Shown piece after piece: positions 1-13,628 of a stretch of 64,000 nt of DNA. Origin of the DNA: Octopus sinensis. Lineage: Eukaryota. Each line of letters begins with the position of its first letter. The first letter of the stretch is position 1. Both the position numbers and the translations under genes were made by a program. Where the stretch lies: positions 7,068,001 through 7,132,000 of the forward strand of contig NC_043004.1 of the NCBI RefSeq assembly GCF_006345805.1, in the 5' to 3' direction. The notes under the pieces are model-generated. The model was not told where the DNA came from. It ran no database searches and was given only the letters and a program-made list of their open reading frames with translations.

Positions 1-1776
1 TCTACTTAATGGTAACGGCTATGAAGTGGTACCCTAAAGACGTTACAAAACTTAATTAGAGAGATAAATAAAAAAAAGAAGAGAAAATAAACAGAAAACA
101 AAATGAAAAGAAAATTCTTGCCCTGTCCCAAATTTCCATTCCTTTCATTTATTAAGGTGTTCCTAGTTTGATGAGTTTAATTTTGAGTATTGATTACTTT
201 TCTACCTTACATGTATCAGTTTCTAAAATTAGGACCTAACTGACCCTAAACAGTTATTACTACTCATTTGTGATAAGATTGCTGAAAACATTTCAATGAA
301 ATACTCTAGATATACGATACAGAAGTTAGACTAAAATAAAGTGTGATTGGTCCCTTTTGCCATTTTCTACTTTCCCCTTATAGTTTGTGTTTAAACTTTG
401 GCTTAAAATTGTTATAATATCCCAGAGAAATCAAAGTAAAACTACACCATAATTAATTATCCTATTTTTCTTCAATAGCATTTGATTTCGGTGTTATACA
501 CAACATCAATGTAGAGATATTTCTCTTCACCGTTCCGCTTTGAATAGACAAGTACAATATCCTTGATTGTTTTATTTAAAAGAATGGTTCCCATGTGTGA
601 TGAAAGAAGCAACGTCAAAATACAATACATAAAATAAAAAAAAAATAGCATTCATGTAATTTGTTAAAAAATGTTTTAATTGCACAAAAAATATGGAAAG
701 CTAGATGGTTATTCTACAAACACAAAAAAAAAAAGTTTGTTTCTTCCATTTGTTTTTGGTTTTACTAATGCTTGTGCCATGTAACATAGTTTTATGATGT
801 TTAGAAAGAAAATCATATCTAGGTAATGCCTGTCAACATTGGACTACTTAATAATATCACATTGGTGCCAACTAGTTGGGCACAGTTGATACACACTAAT
901 TAGATGAACACAGCCAGCTGACATTTACTAATTAAAGTACACAGTCTGTAAACATTAACTAGTTAGGCACAGCTTGTAGACACTGATTGGTTTGGCATAC
1001 AGCCTCTGAATGTCAATTAAATAGGCACAACCTGTAAACATTTATTAGATAGACAGATTGTAGAATGTCAGATAAATTAGACAGACAGCAGAATGTCAAA
1101 AAATAGACATTGTCTGTGATTGGCTACTAGTAAGAATGCATCTTGGACATATTTATTTACAATAAATATTGACTCTTTGCAGAGAGGAAAAGAAAGAGGA
1201 TTACTTAAGGACTAATTGAACCAATGTAAAACTGTCAAAAAGGTCTTTGATATTATAAATAAGTTTTAAACATCACTGAAATTTCAAAGCAGTTAAAAAA
1301 ATATATATATATAATACATATATATATTTCAAATATAATCATTTTTTTTTCTTGCTTGTCAAGAAAATTGACAAAAATCTTTGAATGACAAAGTATTATC
1401 CATAGATCTGAGCTAACCTTTTTTTTTTTTTATTTTGTGCTGTCCTGACGATTGGGCAGGGGAAGTATAACAACATCAACAACAACATTAATAACATAAA
1501 TAAAAAAGAAAAGAAATAGAATGAGAACTGAAATATTGCAGGATATGTTAGTCTAAGTAGGAGGAAGGAGGGAAGGTTGGAAAGAATGGGCAGGGGTGTC
1601 TCTTGTTTTTTTGCTTGTTTGTTTATTTTTATGTTTGTTTTGATTGTTATATTGTTAAAAGATCTCTAAACAATATTGTAGTGACTGCCTCTAGTCTTTC
1701 CTGACAGCGATCCACGCAGAATGACAGTCAAGCCAAGACAGTCTTATAATATGTACAGTGAGAAAGGATGCAGTCA

Positions 1777-2112
1777 CTAATGGTTTACCTTTTCGGGTGA
1801 ATTTTGCTTATTTTTCTTCTTTTTTGGACTTTTTACATCTTTATTTGATGTTTCATCGTTTTCCAATTTTATCATCATTTTTTCCTCTGCATCTGCAGTA
1901 TTTTTAGTATTTTTTTTTTTAGATTGTGTATTTTTGTTATTCTCTTGTTGTTGGTTTGGCTTTGTAGCCATCTTCTCAGGTTTTGGTGAGCCTTTCTCAC
2001 CCTGTTGCTGGTTAGGTTGAGCAGGTTTTTTGTTTCGCTTTTTTTTGCCAGGACTTGTTTCTTGGGGACTGCAGGCATTTTCTTTTTCAGGATAAGGTAT
2101 AAGAACAAAATC
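1777..2112 (-). CDS. Coding exon 6 (DFVLIPYPEKEN...KQNSPEK, then VNH-stop if not spliced)
   Basis: Acceptor TTTTTTTTTTTACAG, phase 0, continuous with ORF 1777..1971. It either reads to TAG at 1777 or uses the donor AAG|GTAAAC at 1789. Confidence 0.8.
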   Translation of the reverse strand, partial: DFVLIPYPEKENACSPQETSPGKKKRNKKPAQPNQQQGEKGSPKPEKMATKPNQQQENNKNTQSKKKNTKNTADAEEKMMIKLENDETSNKDVKSPKKKKNKQNSPEKVNH

Positions 2113-3291
2113 CTGTAAAAAAAAAAATACAATAAATAAAATAAATGCTAGTGTTTATTCTTGAAATTTCTAAATTAGAAAGAAAAACAAAAATGATTAC
2201 AGCTAGCATTTTTACCAGCTGGACCTAGGACCATTTCATTCCGCCTCTAATATGTATTATGTTTTTAAACACAGCATGTCCATATGAGATATTGTCTCAA
2301 GACAAATACCACAGTAAATATGCCAATCACAATGTATTAACATTAAGGATGGCAATTTTAGTATAATACTCTTCTGTTGTATACAGAGAATTTTTATTCA
2401 GTAGACCAGCTATTTACGACATCATTGATAGTTTATTCACTGTTTTCATATATTAGGGGCGACAAATTTCATCTAGGCATGCAGTTTCTCTGTGAGTACA
2501 TGCTACTGACAAAGCCCAATGAGACATACATACTTTTAACATTCTCACCAGCCACTACTAGGATGATTTTCATCTGCTTCCAATATATGTGTTTTTAAAC
2601 ATAGGACATTCACATGAGACATACTAATGTATTAATGTTAAGTTTGATACAAAACTGGCTATTTTAATCTAGAATATGTTTAAAACCCAGGAATCATTAG
2701 GCTGACAGGGTGACATAATTTGATCAAATAACATAGGATAAAAACTGGTTTTTGAAAGGTCATTTCTCACAAATGCATATGTAGAAATATTGAAACAGAG
2801 GAATTAATGAAAATATTAGCTTAATAATAATCACCACCAGAGCATATTCTGTTTTCTATTCCTCATAAGAATGTTTACAAAATTGTTACTAAAACACATT
2901 TCTCTTTTCTGTTTCAGGCTAAACCCTTTTATTTCAAGTGAAACGTAATTGATCAACATTCATTTATTCAATTCTATCATCAGCATCATTTAATGTCCCT
3001 CTTCCATGCTGGCAAGACCAAGAACTGCACCAGGTCCCATAGTCTGATTTGGCCTGGATTTCTACAGCTGGATGCCCTTCCTAACACCAATCACTTGCAA
3101 AATATAAAAATAGAACGCATTCAGTCAACTATGCCTCCCTCCAGTGTACTGGATGCTTTTTATGTGGTACCAGCACCAGTGCAACAACAATTTGTTTCCA
3201 TCATATATCAATAACATTTCAATATCAGGAATTTCTAATCTATGATAATTTCTTCCATGTGAAAGATAAAACAAAAAAAACTTTCTCTTAC

Positions 3292-3441
3292 TTGTTCAAC
3301 TATTTCTCCCAAGGGAGTTTTATTTCTGGCTGGAGATTTTTTAGACGCTTGAACTGGAGGGATTTCTTCAAAGTTAGAATTGTTCTTAGATTGAACAAAT
3401 TTAGCTTCTGAGGCTGATTCCTTGTTACCAGCTTTAGATTC
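3292..3441 (-). CDS. Coding exon 5 (ESKAGNKESASEAKF...TPLGEIVEQ, 50 aa)
   Basis: Acceptor CTTCCTTTTTCTATCTCATATAG, donor CAA|GTAAGA, 150 nt open in phase 0/0. This frame differs from the listed ORF 3300..3536. Confidence 0.85.
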
Positions 3442-5674
3442 CTATATGAGATAGAAAAAGGAAGATAAGCAACATTGAAAAACAACAAATCATTACTGCT
3501 GCCAGCAATGTAAAAAGACATCTTGTATGAAGACATTTGTTTTTATAGATAAAATATTTTATATCAGCAGAGTCTCACACTTTTGGCAAGATTTGATAAT
3601 AAAATATAACATTATAAACAAAAAGCATTAAAAAATTTGTCAGAAAAATACTTCTAATTTGCTAAATATTTAAAGGATTTACAAGAAACAAACCAAGTCT
3701 GATTGGATATTAAAACTTTTTCAAGTTTTGCTGTTTCAAATGTGATCTTACCCATTAGGCTAGGCTGACATGAAAAAATAGAACACAAAAGATTTCTGCT
3801 AATAAAAAGAACTTATGCCATGTCCAATCAAACACCACTTCAAAATAAGACTTTCTGAAGTTATTGCAAACTTGTTAAGTATTTGTTAAAGACTAGTTTC
3901 ACTGGCAAAGTAAGGCACATACATTTAACAGCGCAAATACCCAGTTGAAGAATTGAAGCAGTTTAATCTGTGGAAGCCATTAGAAGTTAGGATATACTAT
4001 CTTACCCTTGTCAACATAGAGGCTCATTAAAATGATATTAATGACTAACAGGTAAATATTTCTTTAAACTGTTACTAGTGTTACAATGGTAAAAGAAACA
4101 CTGTTGCTGCTGCAACTTTCACCATTATGACTATTTTTGTTTGAAGATATAGCTATAGAGACTAGATTGGTGGAAATTACTGTAGCAACAGATTACCAGA
4201 CTGAATCCATTACAGAGATTAAGTTTTTCCTTCTTAACTCCAGAGTTATCACTTTTTATTTTTCTGGAGGTTAATAAAATAACAACTTGCAAAATGTAAT
4301 AATAGAACCAATTCAGTCAACAATGTCTTCTTCCTGAGAAAATTGTCCTTGAACCCATAAACATCATTTAACATCTGTTTTCCATGCTGGCATGGGTTGG
4401 ACAGTTTGACAGGATTTCACAAGCCACAGAGCCATGTTGAGCCCTGGTGTTGGGTTTCTATGGCTGGATGCCCTTCCTCACACCAGCCAATTTATTGGGT
4501 GTGTACCGGATACTTATTTCATGTTACTGGCATCTGAGAGGTTTACCAAGTAGGTTGCAAGACTAGAAAAGGACAAGAAATGGAAAAGCCCACCTCCCCT
4601 AAGTGAGGTGGGCAGAAGTATTCAAGAAGGAAAAGAGTTGGCTTTATGCCGGATATTGGGAGGTTAAAGTATGATAGAGGAACAAGCACAGGTGTCTGGC
4701 TATAGATCAGATGTATGACTACTCTGTATTATATAAGGGCAGGTGGGAGTAACTGGGAAGATAGTGATGATGGGATGTCAGAACAAAACCCTTAAAAAGC
4801 AAAGAAATTAAAACAATATATCCTAAGTTCCAAGACACATTTTAAGGCCTATATTTAGCTCCTGTTTTTAAAGCCTTAAATCAGCAAAAATCCCTGTTTT
4901 AATACATAGTTACACGAGTTTATTATAGATAACATTGCCAGGTGATATGATATCTTTCAAACAACTTGTGTGGAGTATAATGTATCTATATAAATATGCA
5001 ATGAAACATCTACAGAGGAATCAAACTCTGACTTCATATCTATTTGGCCATGTTGCTTTAATTTACAAAAAAAAAAAAAAAAAAAGGAACAAGATCATGT
5101 TAGGAAATATATGGAGTCTTTATAGGCTGACTGGACATCATAAACTGACAACACTGCATTAGGGAAGCAATTTTGTTTCTGACTTGAGATGTAGTGGTAA
5201 CAGTCATTCAAGAATGGACAGAACAGACATATCTATCATTTCGGTCATTTCTTCAGTTGTAACTGGCCTGACAACGCTGGTATGCATCCACAGGCAAAAC
5301 TCAGAGTAGCAAGAGACTAACTTGACCAAAATAAGTATATTATCAATCTCTACTATGGTATCAAATACTCTTTCTTTTAACAACTAACACTAGATATGTG
5401 TGTGTGTACATATATATCAAAACAGGAGTTTAGAAAGAGTTTTGGGTTTTATTTAATTCCCATTCATTTTCCCCAATCTCCTGTTTTGATATGTAATTAC
5501 TCTGCAAAAACTATTTCCCAGTATTTTTCAACTCTTGTGCATTCCCCACACAAATACAACACCTACACACAACTTTGTAGTACTGGAATAAGCAGATGTG
5601 TTTCATGAGGACACAGCTTGGATTATAACCTTAACGCACATAATATATATATCATACTAAATAGGGAGACTTAC

Positions 5675-6552
5675 CTCATTTTTCTTCTTTGATTTCTTTT
5701 TGGAAGTTGATTCTGCAGATGGGGCTAGGTTCTCCTTCTTGCCAGGTTGCTCAGAACCAGTTTGCTTTTTATCAGATTGCTCAGATTGTTTCTTTGAGGG
5801 TTGAGGACTTTTTTCCTTCTTGCCACTTTGCTCTGATCCCTTCTTGCTGGATTGCTCAGAACCTTTTTTGCCACTCTGTTCAGACCCTTTCTTGACAGTC
5901 TGATCAGATCCCTTTTCACCAGTCTGTTCTGATCCCTTTTTGCCAGTTTGTTCCGATCCCTTCTTGCCGGTCTGTTCAGATCCCTTCTTGCCTGCCTGTT
6001 CAGACCCCTTCTTTCCAGCCTGCTCAGACCCCTTCTTTCCAGACTGTTCTGATTCCTTTTCTTTTTTATTTGCTTGTGCAGCATTTTTTTCTTTCTTAGT
6101 GGGTTGAGGGCTTTTCTCCTTGCTAGATTGCTCAGCAGCTTTTTCCTTTTTAGTAGGTTGAGGGCTTTTTTCTTTAGAAGACTGCTGGGAGCCCTTTTTA
6201 CTAGCCTGTTCAGAACCCTTATCTTGCTTGCTGGTCTGTTCAGAGCCCTTATCTTTCTTGCCTTCCTGTTCAAAGCCTTTGTCCTTCTTACTTGACTGTT
6301 CAGCAGCCTTCTCTTTTTTAGAAGCCCCAGGACTTTTTTCCTTGGTTGTTCCCTGTACAGATGAGGCAGTTATTTTTTCCTTTTTAGCGATCTGATCTGC
6401 TGTCTGAGCACTGTTCTTCGATGATTGTTTAGAGGTTGGTGAATCCTTCTTTTTGGAAGTTTTCTCTACATTCTGTGCAACAATCTCTTCAACCACTATT
6501 TCATTTTTCCCTTTATTCTTTTTCTCTTTGCGAGAACGTTGCGTTGTCCAAC
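5675..6552 (-). CDS. Coding exon 4, large repeat exon (KKGSEQxG octamers and KKDKGSEQxS decamers)
   Basis: Lies within the 300-aa ORF 5657..6559. Acceptor TTTTGTCTTTTTGACAG, donor GAG|GTAAGT, 878 nt, phase 1/0. Confidence 0.9.
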
Positions 6553-8417
6553 CTGTCAAAAAGACAAAATAATATGAACAATAAGAAGAGGCTTGAAATA
6601 TTTTCTATTATAATTCACCTATCTTAAAACTAAAACAAACTCATTTTTAGGAGGAGTAAATAACAGGTAAAGTGAAAGGACCATAGCCCAGTGGTTAAGG
6701 TGTAGGCATTCACAATCACAAGAACTGAGTGGTACATTGTGTTCTGCAAAACACTTAATTTTATGTTGCTCCAATCCACTCAGCTGTAACTGTATATCCC
6801 TGCAATGGACTGGCATCCAGTTCAGGGGTAATCTTGTGATCTCGGCCATTTATATTCCACAGAAATTGAGTAATCAGTTCCCTCAGTCCTATGGCCCAAG
6901 ACAGCAATGTCCAGGGGTCAATGATGATGAAACAACAGTTAATATGGTTTCTTAACGCTACTGAATATCAATATAATGTGATGAGCCAATGAATGAGTCA
7001 GTAAGTGGTCATTCGAAATGCTAGAAATAGCAGCCAAATCACCCTAATATCACACTCATACTGTTTCAGAAAAGAACACATATTGATAATGAGAGCTTGA
7101 ATTATATGCACTTAGAAAATAGACACAATTATGACTGGAATGCTTTTGATAGTAGGCCTACTTGATTGGGAGTAAATTACAATAACAATGTGAGCTGTGT
7201 AAAAAGAAACATAAAAATACATAAAGAATACCAGGTTTGCTGTGAAACAAATTTAAAAAGTTAAATAAAAATCTCAGAGTCATGAGTTTTGTTTGTTTTA
7301 ACGCCTATTTTATTTTTTAAAATCCTGCATGGGTTTAGGTGACAAGTTATTTGAGACAAGATTTTACAGCTTCCTATCACCAACTTTTACCTCTTTGTCA
7401 AGTGAGGGATTTCTTTATTCCACAGATCCTTGAGAATGCAGAGTAACCGATCATAATGTTAACACGCAAAGTAAACCTCAACAATGCCTTGCTCAAGCAG
7501 TGAGAGCAAACCTACTTGAACACACACACACACACATGTATCTCCATCATTTAAAGCCTGTTTTTCCATGTTTGTTTGGGTCGGACATAATTTTGTTTAG
7601 GCAGATGCCCTTCATGCTGCCAACCCTCACTTGTTTTGGGACTAAGTAATATTTTCCCTGTGTCCAGAAAATCCACCATAAGTGTATTGTATTATCATTT
7701 TTTTAAATTAAAAAAAAAAATAAATAAATAAAAGGTTTTATAACTTCATTAAATATGAAAGTCTTTATTTAATGTCGAACATTAAAAAAACAGGTTAGAG
7801 TCACCAAGCAACCCATACCTGTCACAAAGCACAATAATATTTCACCATAGCCAAACTTATTTTCACAGAAGATTGCAAACAAAGGACACTTATTTGCATA
7901 ATGGTCACACGTTTTTTAAAACAATCACACAATAAGATGTACACACCCACGTATACATACAACGGGTTTCTTTCAGTTTCCATCAGCTAAATCCATTCCC
8001 AAGGCTTTGGTTGGCCTTGGGCTTATAGGAAAAGGCACTTGCCTAAAGTGTCATACAGTGGAACTGAAGCATAAACCAGGAAGTTGAGAAGCAAACTTCT
8101 TACTACACAGACACACTTGTGCCTATATTATGCAGTAGAAATATAATAAATGTTCTGTTAGCATGCAGTGGTGAGTTCAAGTCTTACTGTGTGCCCAGAA
8201 GAAAGCAATAGCAGAACATTTTCTTTAAATGCATTTGCCAACCTTTTCATTGGAGCCCGATTCTTCTGATTATAGAATGCATGAGATGATTGGTGTATAA
8301 CTAATCATCTCCATGTTAAATTCATCAAACACAGGAGAGAGAGAGGGACAAAGAGAGAGCCATGGACAGCTGCAGTAATTTAAAAAAAATCTTGAAATAA
8401 CTTTTTATTTCATTTAT

Positions 8418-8760
8418 TTTTTACTTGCTTCAGCCACAGGACTGCAGCCATGCTGGGGCACTATCTTGAAGGGTTTAGCCAAACGAATCAACCACAGTAT
8501 TTATTCTCTTCATCTCTTTTGCAAAACCATTATGTTACGGGGACATAAACAAACCAACAAAGGTTGCTAAGTGGTGGGGAGACAAAACCACACACACAGA
8601 TAGACAGGCTTCCGCACAGTTTCCATCAACAAAAACTTCTCACAAGGCATTGCCCAGCCTTGGACTATAATAGAAGACACTTGGCCAAGGTGCCATGTAG
8701 TGGGATTGAACCTGAAACCACATGGTTGGAAAGCAAATTTTTTAACCGCACATCCACACC
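8418..8760 (-). mobile_element. Abundant SINE (family A)
   Basis: Matches the copies at 25161 and 60731 (head ggagtggctgtgtggtaag..., tail ...gactgaaacaagtaaaagag). Confidence 0.75.
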
Positions 8761-8840
8761 GATGTTAAACTTATATTATATTAAAAAAAAACAACAGCGG
8801 CAAATGACAAGAAATAAAGAATGAGAACAAATTGCTCAAC

Positions 8841-8928
8841 CTTCAGCTTCATTCATCATGGCCTTCTTTTCAGCCTTTGTTAAATGTTCCTTCTTATTGT
8901 TTGAACTGGATGATTTCTTTGCCTGGGA
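8841..8928 (-). CDS. Coding exon 3 (SQAKKSSSSNNKKEHLTKAEKKAMMNEAE-G)
   Basis: Acceptor TTTCTTCCTTAG, donor G|GTTGAG, 88 nt, phase 0/1. Joins exon 4 in frame to give EAEGWTTQRSRKEKK. Not in the ORF track because it is short. Confidence 0.85.
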
Positions 8929-9850
8929 CTAAGGAAGAAAGACAAATAAAAAAAAAGAAAAAAAAGAAAAAGAAAAAAGATGTTAATGCCCATTTGGTTT
9001 ACTTACAATGAAATCACATGAGTCAACAGATTTAAAGAATAATGATGATGATGATGATGATAGTGGTGATGGTGCTTAATATTAAGGGCCATGCGAAAAA
9101 AGTCAAAGTGAGACAATATCGAAAATCAGTAAAAAAAAAAAAATACAACAGCAAGCAAGTTAATGGTAATTTGTAAAAGGAAATGGGGGTGGGGGTGGTA
9201 CAGCTGCTAGGGAGGCAAACTATACAATTTTAACAAATAATAGCAGTTTTATGCCAAAAAGACAAAAAGCAGTACAAGTGGAGAGGGTGGTGGTGGAAAT
9301 GACAAAAAATAACTAAACAAAATGACAGCTTTTTGAAAAAATATGAATAAAAAACATAAACTAACATGCACAAATGGAGGGGGATGGTCACTTACAGTAA
9401 TAGTAACATGTGCAGAAAACTACGAACCTTAAGAAGTAGCTGGAGGTTGTCTAATCTAGAACGTGTAGCAGTTAATACGTTTGAACTAAGTTTCTAACCC
9501 TCCTTTGGCAAGATAGATACTCTGAAGTCTTTAAATACATATCGGTATTTAGACTAGAGATTATTAATAGGTTTGGGCTGATATAGAAGGAGAACCAAAC
9601 TTGTTTAGTTAATAATGAATTTATCAAATTTTGGTTGAATTACTGGCAATGAGAACATTCCTATTTCCCCTAGCAAATAGAAACTAAAGCATACCTAAAT
9701 TTTATGGAAACAGAAGGTAGATAATTAATTAATTAGATACTGAGAGTAAACTATAAGTGACATCCTATAATGGTTGTTCAAAAGGTAATGTAAGAATTAG
9801 AAAAGAATGTATCTGGCTAAGCTTTTGATATGGTCATCTATAAACCAGAT

Positions 9851-10453
9851 CGGTGGTTCTCAACCATGTTTTGTCTATGGACCCCTTTGATTCCTGTTTG
9901 ACTCTCTTTTACTTGCACTTGTGATGGCATTAACCCAGGGCGGGTTGAGCCGGCTTCTTCTCTGGTCCTAATGGCATCACAAACCATGGCGGCCCACGCT
10001 CAACGGTCCCGTGCGAGGTCACTGGAGATAGCGAGCCATTCATGGTTCCATCTGCGCAGACCGACCACCTGCGGACCTGAGAGTTCAGAGAGGTCCTCTT
10101 TTATCGTCATTGCCCAGGTCTTCAGCTGCCCGCCCATGCGTTTGCGCCAGCTGGGAAGTGGAGGTGGGAGGAGAACATCGCAAATCAGCTCACTCTCTGG
10201 ACGCTGGGCCGCATGACTGAACCACCTTAAGCGCCGTTGTAGAAGCACCGAAGGACTCATATAGTCATTCGATGTTAAAAAAAAGCCTTTTTTTTAAATA
10301 ATTAAATATTATTAGGAACCATATAAAAAAAAATGTTAAAATATTGTTTATTGTAGAAGTAAAACCAATTTGTTTCACATAAATTTTAACAAAATCTTAT
10401 ATGGACCCTCAAAGGTCATATGGACTCAAGGGTCATGTGGTTGAGAACCAATG
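9851..10453. mobile_element. hAT/Charlie-type MITE interrupted by an RTE fragment
   Basis: TIRs CGGTGGTTCTCAACC / GGTTGAGAACCAATG. 8-bp flanks aaccagat / aactagaa (6/8 match, decayed TSD). Confidence 0.7.
9909..10262 (-). mobile_element. RTE-clade LINE 3' fragment (C-terminus of the RT ORF)
   Basis: Translates to RRLRWFSHAAQRPESELICDVLLPPPLPSWRKRMGGQLKTWAMTIKEDL...LARDR, a typical RTE C-terminus. Ends in a CAAGTGCAAGTA tail. Confidence 0.8.
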
Positions 10454-11256
10454 AACTAGAATCATCAAAAACATAATTTATATGTATGCTTCTTTCAGTA
10501 GAACCTTTGTGGTTTACTAACAGACTAGTAGTTTTGTGCTGTTACCAAGAAATCAATAGATATATGGGCAGTTCACTTTTTCTGATGATTCACCGAATAT
10601 ATGGCTAGGATGGGAAATTTTCTAGAGTCAGTCTGAAGTATTGACAAGGATTGTTTATGAAACGGTTTAAGCAGGCTATTTTTTGTTATCTTCTCTATAG
10701 ATTTTTGCAAAAGCTGTCTGCCTGTATAACAGGAGAGCTTCAATATTAGTTATTTCTAGTTTTCATGGTGTTCAACAACTGAGAAAAATTTATTCGCCTT
10801 AGATGAAAATGACTCTATACTACAAGTATTACCAATAGGAAGATTTGAACTCAGCACTGAAAGCTAGTGGAAGATTTCTCTGTAATAGTGTTCCCTTAGT
10901 GTCTATGGTAGTACACCGATGTCTTCATTCGAACAATTTTAGACCTTGGTGAACTGGGTGACTTACAGTTCAGTGTTCTTTCAAAAAGAGACTGTGAAGT
11001 GCAAATGTGGAATAAATAGTCACTCATAGACACAAACAGCTGGTGGCATCATCTTAATGTCTTGCACTTACAGGGAATCAATCTAATAGTTTCTAGCAGT
11101 AAGTATTACATTTTACTGTCACTGCAGTATAAATCTGCAGTAAAACAACTTGCTTAACAGGAATGTGATTATGAAATTTATGACCTTTATAAGACTGATC
11201 ATGTGATAGCAAATCTGCATATTGCTGCCCATAACTGTTGAAGACACTCAAATAGA

Positions 11257-11830
11257 GCCATCATCATCATCGTTTAAATGTCCGCTTTCCATGCTGGCAT
11301 GGGTTGGACGATTTGACTGAGGACTGGTGAACCAGATGGCTGTACCAGGCTCCAATCTGATCTGGTAGAGTTTCAACAGCTGGATGCCCTTCCTAACGCC
11401 AACCACTCCAAGAGTGTAGTGGGTGCTTTTACGTGCCACTGGCACGAGGGCCAGTCAGGCTGTACTGGCAACGGCCATGCTCAAATGGTGTTTTTTACAT
11501 GCCACCTGCACAGGGACCAGTCCAGCGGTACTGGCAGTGACCTCGCTCGATTGTTTTTTCACGTGCCAGTAAGGTGACGCTGGTAACGATCACGCTCGAA
11601 TGGTGCTTTTTATATGCCACCAGCATGGAAGCCAGTCAGCTGCTCTGGCAACGATCACACTAGAATGGTGCTCTTAGCACTCCACTAGCATGGATGTCAG
11701 TCATTGAATTTGATTTCGATTTCACTTGCCTCAACAGGTCTTCGCAAGCAGAGTTTAGTGTCCAAGAAGGGAAGGTACGCATAAGTGGGCTGGCTACACC
11801 CCTGGCATTACGTCAATCCTTCAGGACATG
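11257..11830 (-). mobile_element. LINE (RTE-like) 3'UTR with (GAT)n tail
   Basis: Ends in ccaacccatgccagcatggaaagcggacatttaaacgatgatgatgatg, shared with more than 10 shorter copies here. Upstream part is homologous to the 49-51 kb array unit. Confidence 0.7.
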
Positions 11831-13301
11831 TGTAGAGGGTTCTTCCTTAAATCTAGACTATGAAGAAGGAGCTTCAAGACTGCCTTGATGGTATGCAACC
11901 AGGTCTTCCATAAATGCTCCCAGTATCATGTGATACGAGCACAAGACTAAAGAGTAGATTTATGTACATTTTATACTTGTCTCCACTAACACTGCTCAAA
12001 ACAGGGTAGGCTTTACTGGCTAACATTATGATGCTGAAAAACAAGCCACTATATTTTTGAGACTTCCACAGCTTGGCAGAGGATGGAGACTATTCAATTA
12101 CACTGGTGCAATTGGCAGGGATATGCAATATGAAACTGAGAACCTACCAACACTAATGGTGACAGATTCCTTATATGGTATTATGAAACACACCTCAGTT
12201 GCGTTAACTCGAGCAATTTCAATTCCATCTATCAACTTTTGACAATATTTGAGCGGATAAGATATTAGATTCTGGCCTAGAGAATCCATATCCTATCACT
12301 GGCATAATATTAGATTCTGGGTAAAGCATTTCACTGCTTTCCTTCCTTATCTACCCAGTCATAGAACAAGTAAAAACATAAAGAAAGGAAGAATGTTTCA
12401 ATATTGAGGAACTGAATCATCCTGAACCAGCTAGCTAGTTTGATGGTTTGCAGTGCTGAGAGTAAGTCTTCCCATGGGAATAATTGGCCTATAAGACATA
12501 CTGAAACTTAAAGATTTTGAATTGGATTTTAACAAGTTCTAAGCTGATTCTATTTGGGATTTTAATATAATTTACTTCAATAATTGGAGCAGAAGCAATC
12601 CAGAATGCCAAGCCAACAACTTTTTGAAGAAGTTATGTCACAAACACCATGTTAATACTTCTTCACATAAACAGGTTAGAAAAATTAATCTTGACACCTC
12701 AAAAGGGTTTTAGTATGTAAAAATTTGCTATTGATAAATTTTATGCTGTTATTGTTAGAAATTTTCAGTGTCTGATGTTATTAATAAATTGCAATGTTGA
12801 CTTTCACATCTTGGGGTGGTTTTACTGTCTAAATAGATGAGACGGCAAGAAAATAAAACAAAAATGCCAGGACGCATTTTATTGAATAAAATTGTATATT
12901 TCATAGATTTTGGTTAGAAAGCCGTCAAAGCTGGTAAAACAATTAGCAGTGGAAGCCTTAAAAAATGCTTAAAAAGAGAAGACTATCTTGTGATGAGAGT
13001 ACAGGAGTTTTTGAAGGAGTTTAGTAACTAAAACATAATCAAACAATATATTGTTTCTACCAAAAATCAAGAGTTTTCACTCACTACTTAGAGCGTCTAG
13101 AAAAATGCAAAACAATTATGTTACAACTAAAGTGAATTTAGAGACTACCCAGAAAAATACATTGAGATTTAAAAAGCTAATATATAATATTTTATAGGTT
13201 CTACCCCCATGCACAGGTTAAAAGGCTCTGAAAACATTATTAGATGTCTTTCAGGTTGATTTTCTTTCTAATGCTAAACAAGTGCGATTGCTCTCAATCT
13301 A

Positions 13302-13306
13302 TCTAT

Positions 13307-13355
<49 letters not shown>
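13302..13355. repeat. (TATC)n microsatellite
   Basis: Direct reading. Confidence 0.95.
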
Positions 13356-13628
13356 GCAAGATGAACTGAAGAAAGCAATGCTCAAACTATCAGTTCAAAA
13401 CCTGACCTCTGGGCCAGTACCACAGCCAAATAGTTTGTAATCCTCCCGGAATAAAAAGGAAAATAGATTTCTATACGATATAATATAGCTACAGAGCTTA
13501 AAGTAGATTCAAACATTAACCAATACAGGAATGTTTGCAGATTGAACCTGAAAGTCTTGGATTAACGGAACATGGTAAATAAGGATTGTATATTTGGTAT
13601 AATTTCATAAAGTCTTATTAAAACATAC

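Noticed and set aside
4249-4334. Alternative terminal exons EEDIVD* and KNKK* after exon 4
   Set aside because: Acceptors are plausible, but such short open stretches arise by chance, and exons 5-6 give a better continuous model.
5689-6295. Overlapping ORFs 5725..6273(-), 5689..5895(+) and 6074..6295(+)
   Set aside because: Shadow frames of the repeat exon, with no splice support.
12024-12242. Open plus-strand frame LRLPQLGRGWRLFNYTGAIGRD...
   Set aside because: No recognisable family, no convincing splice sites, and within the chance range for this window.
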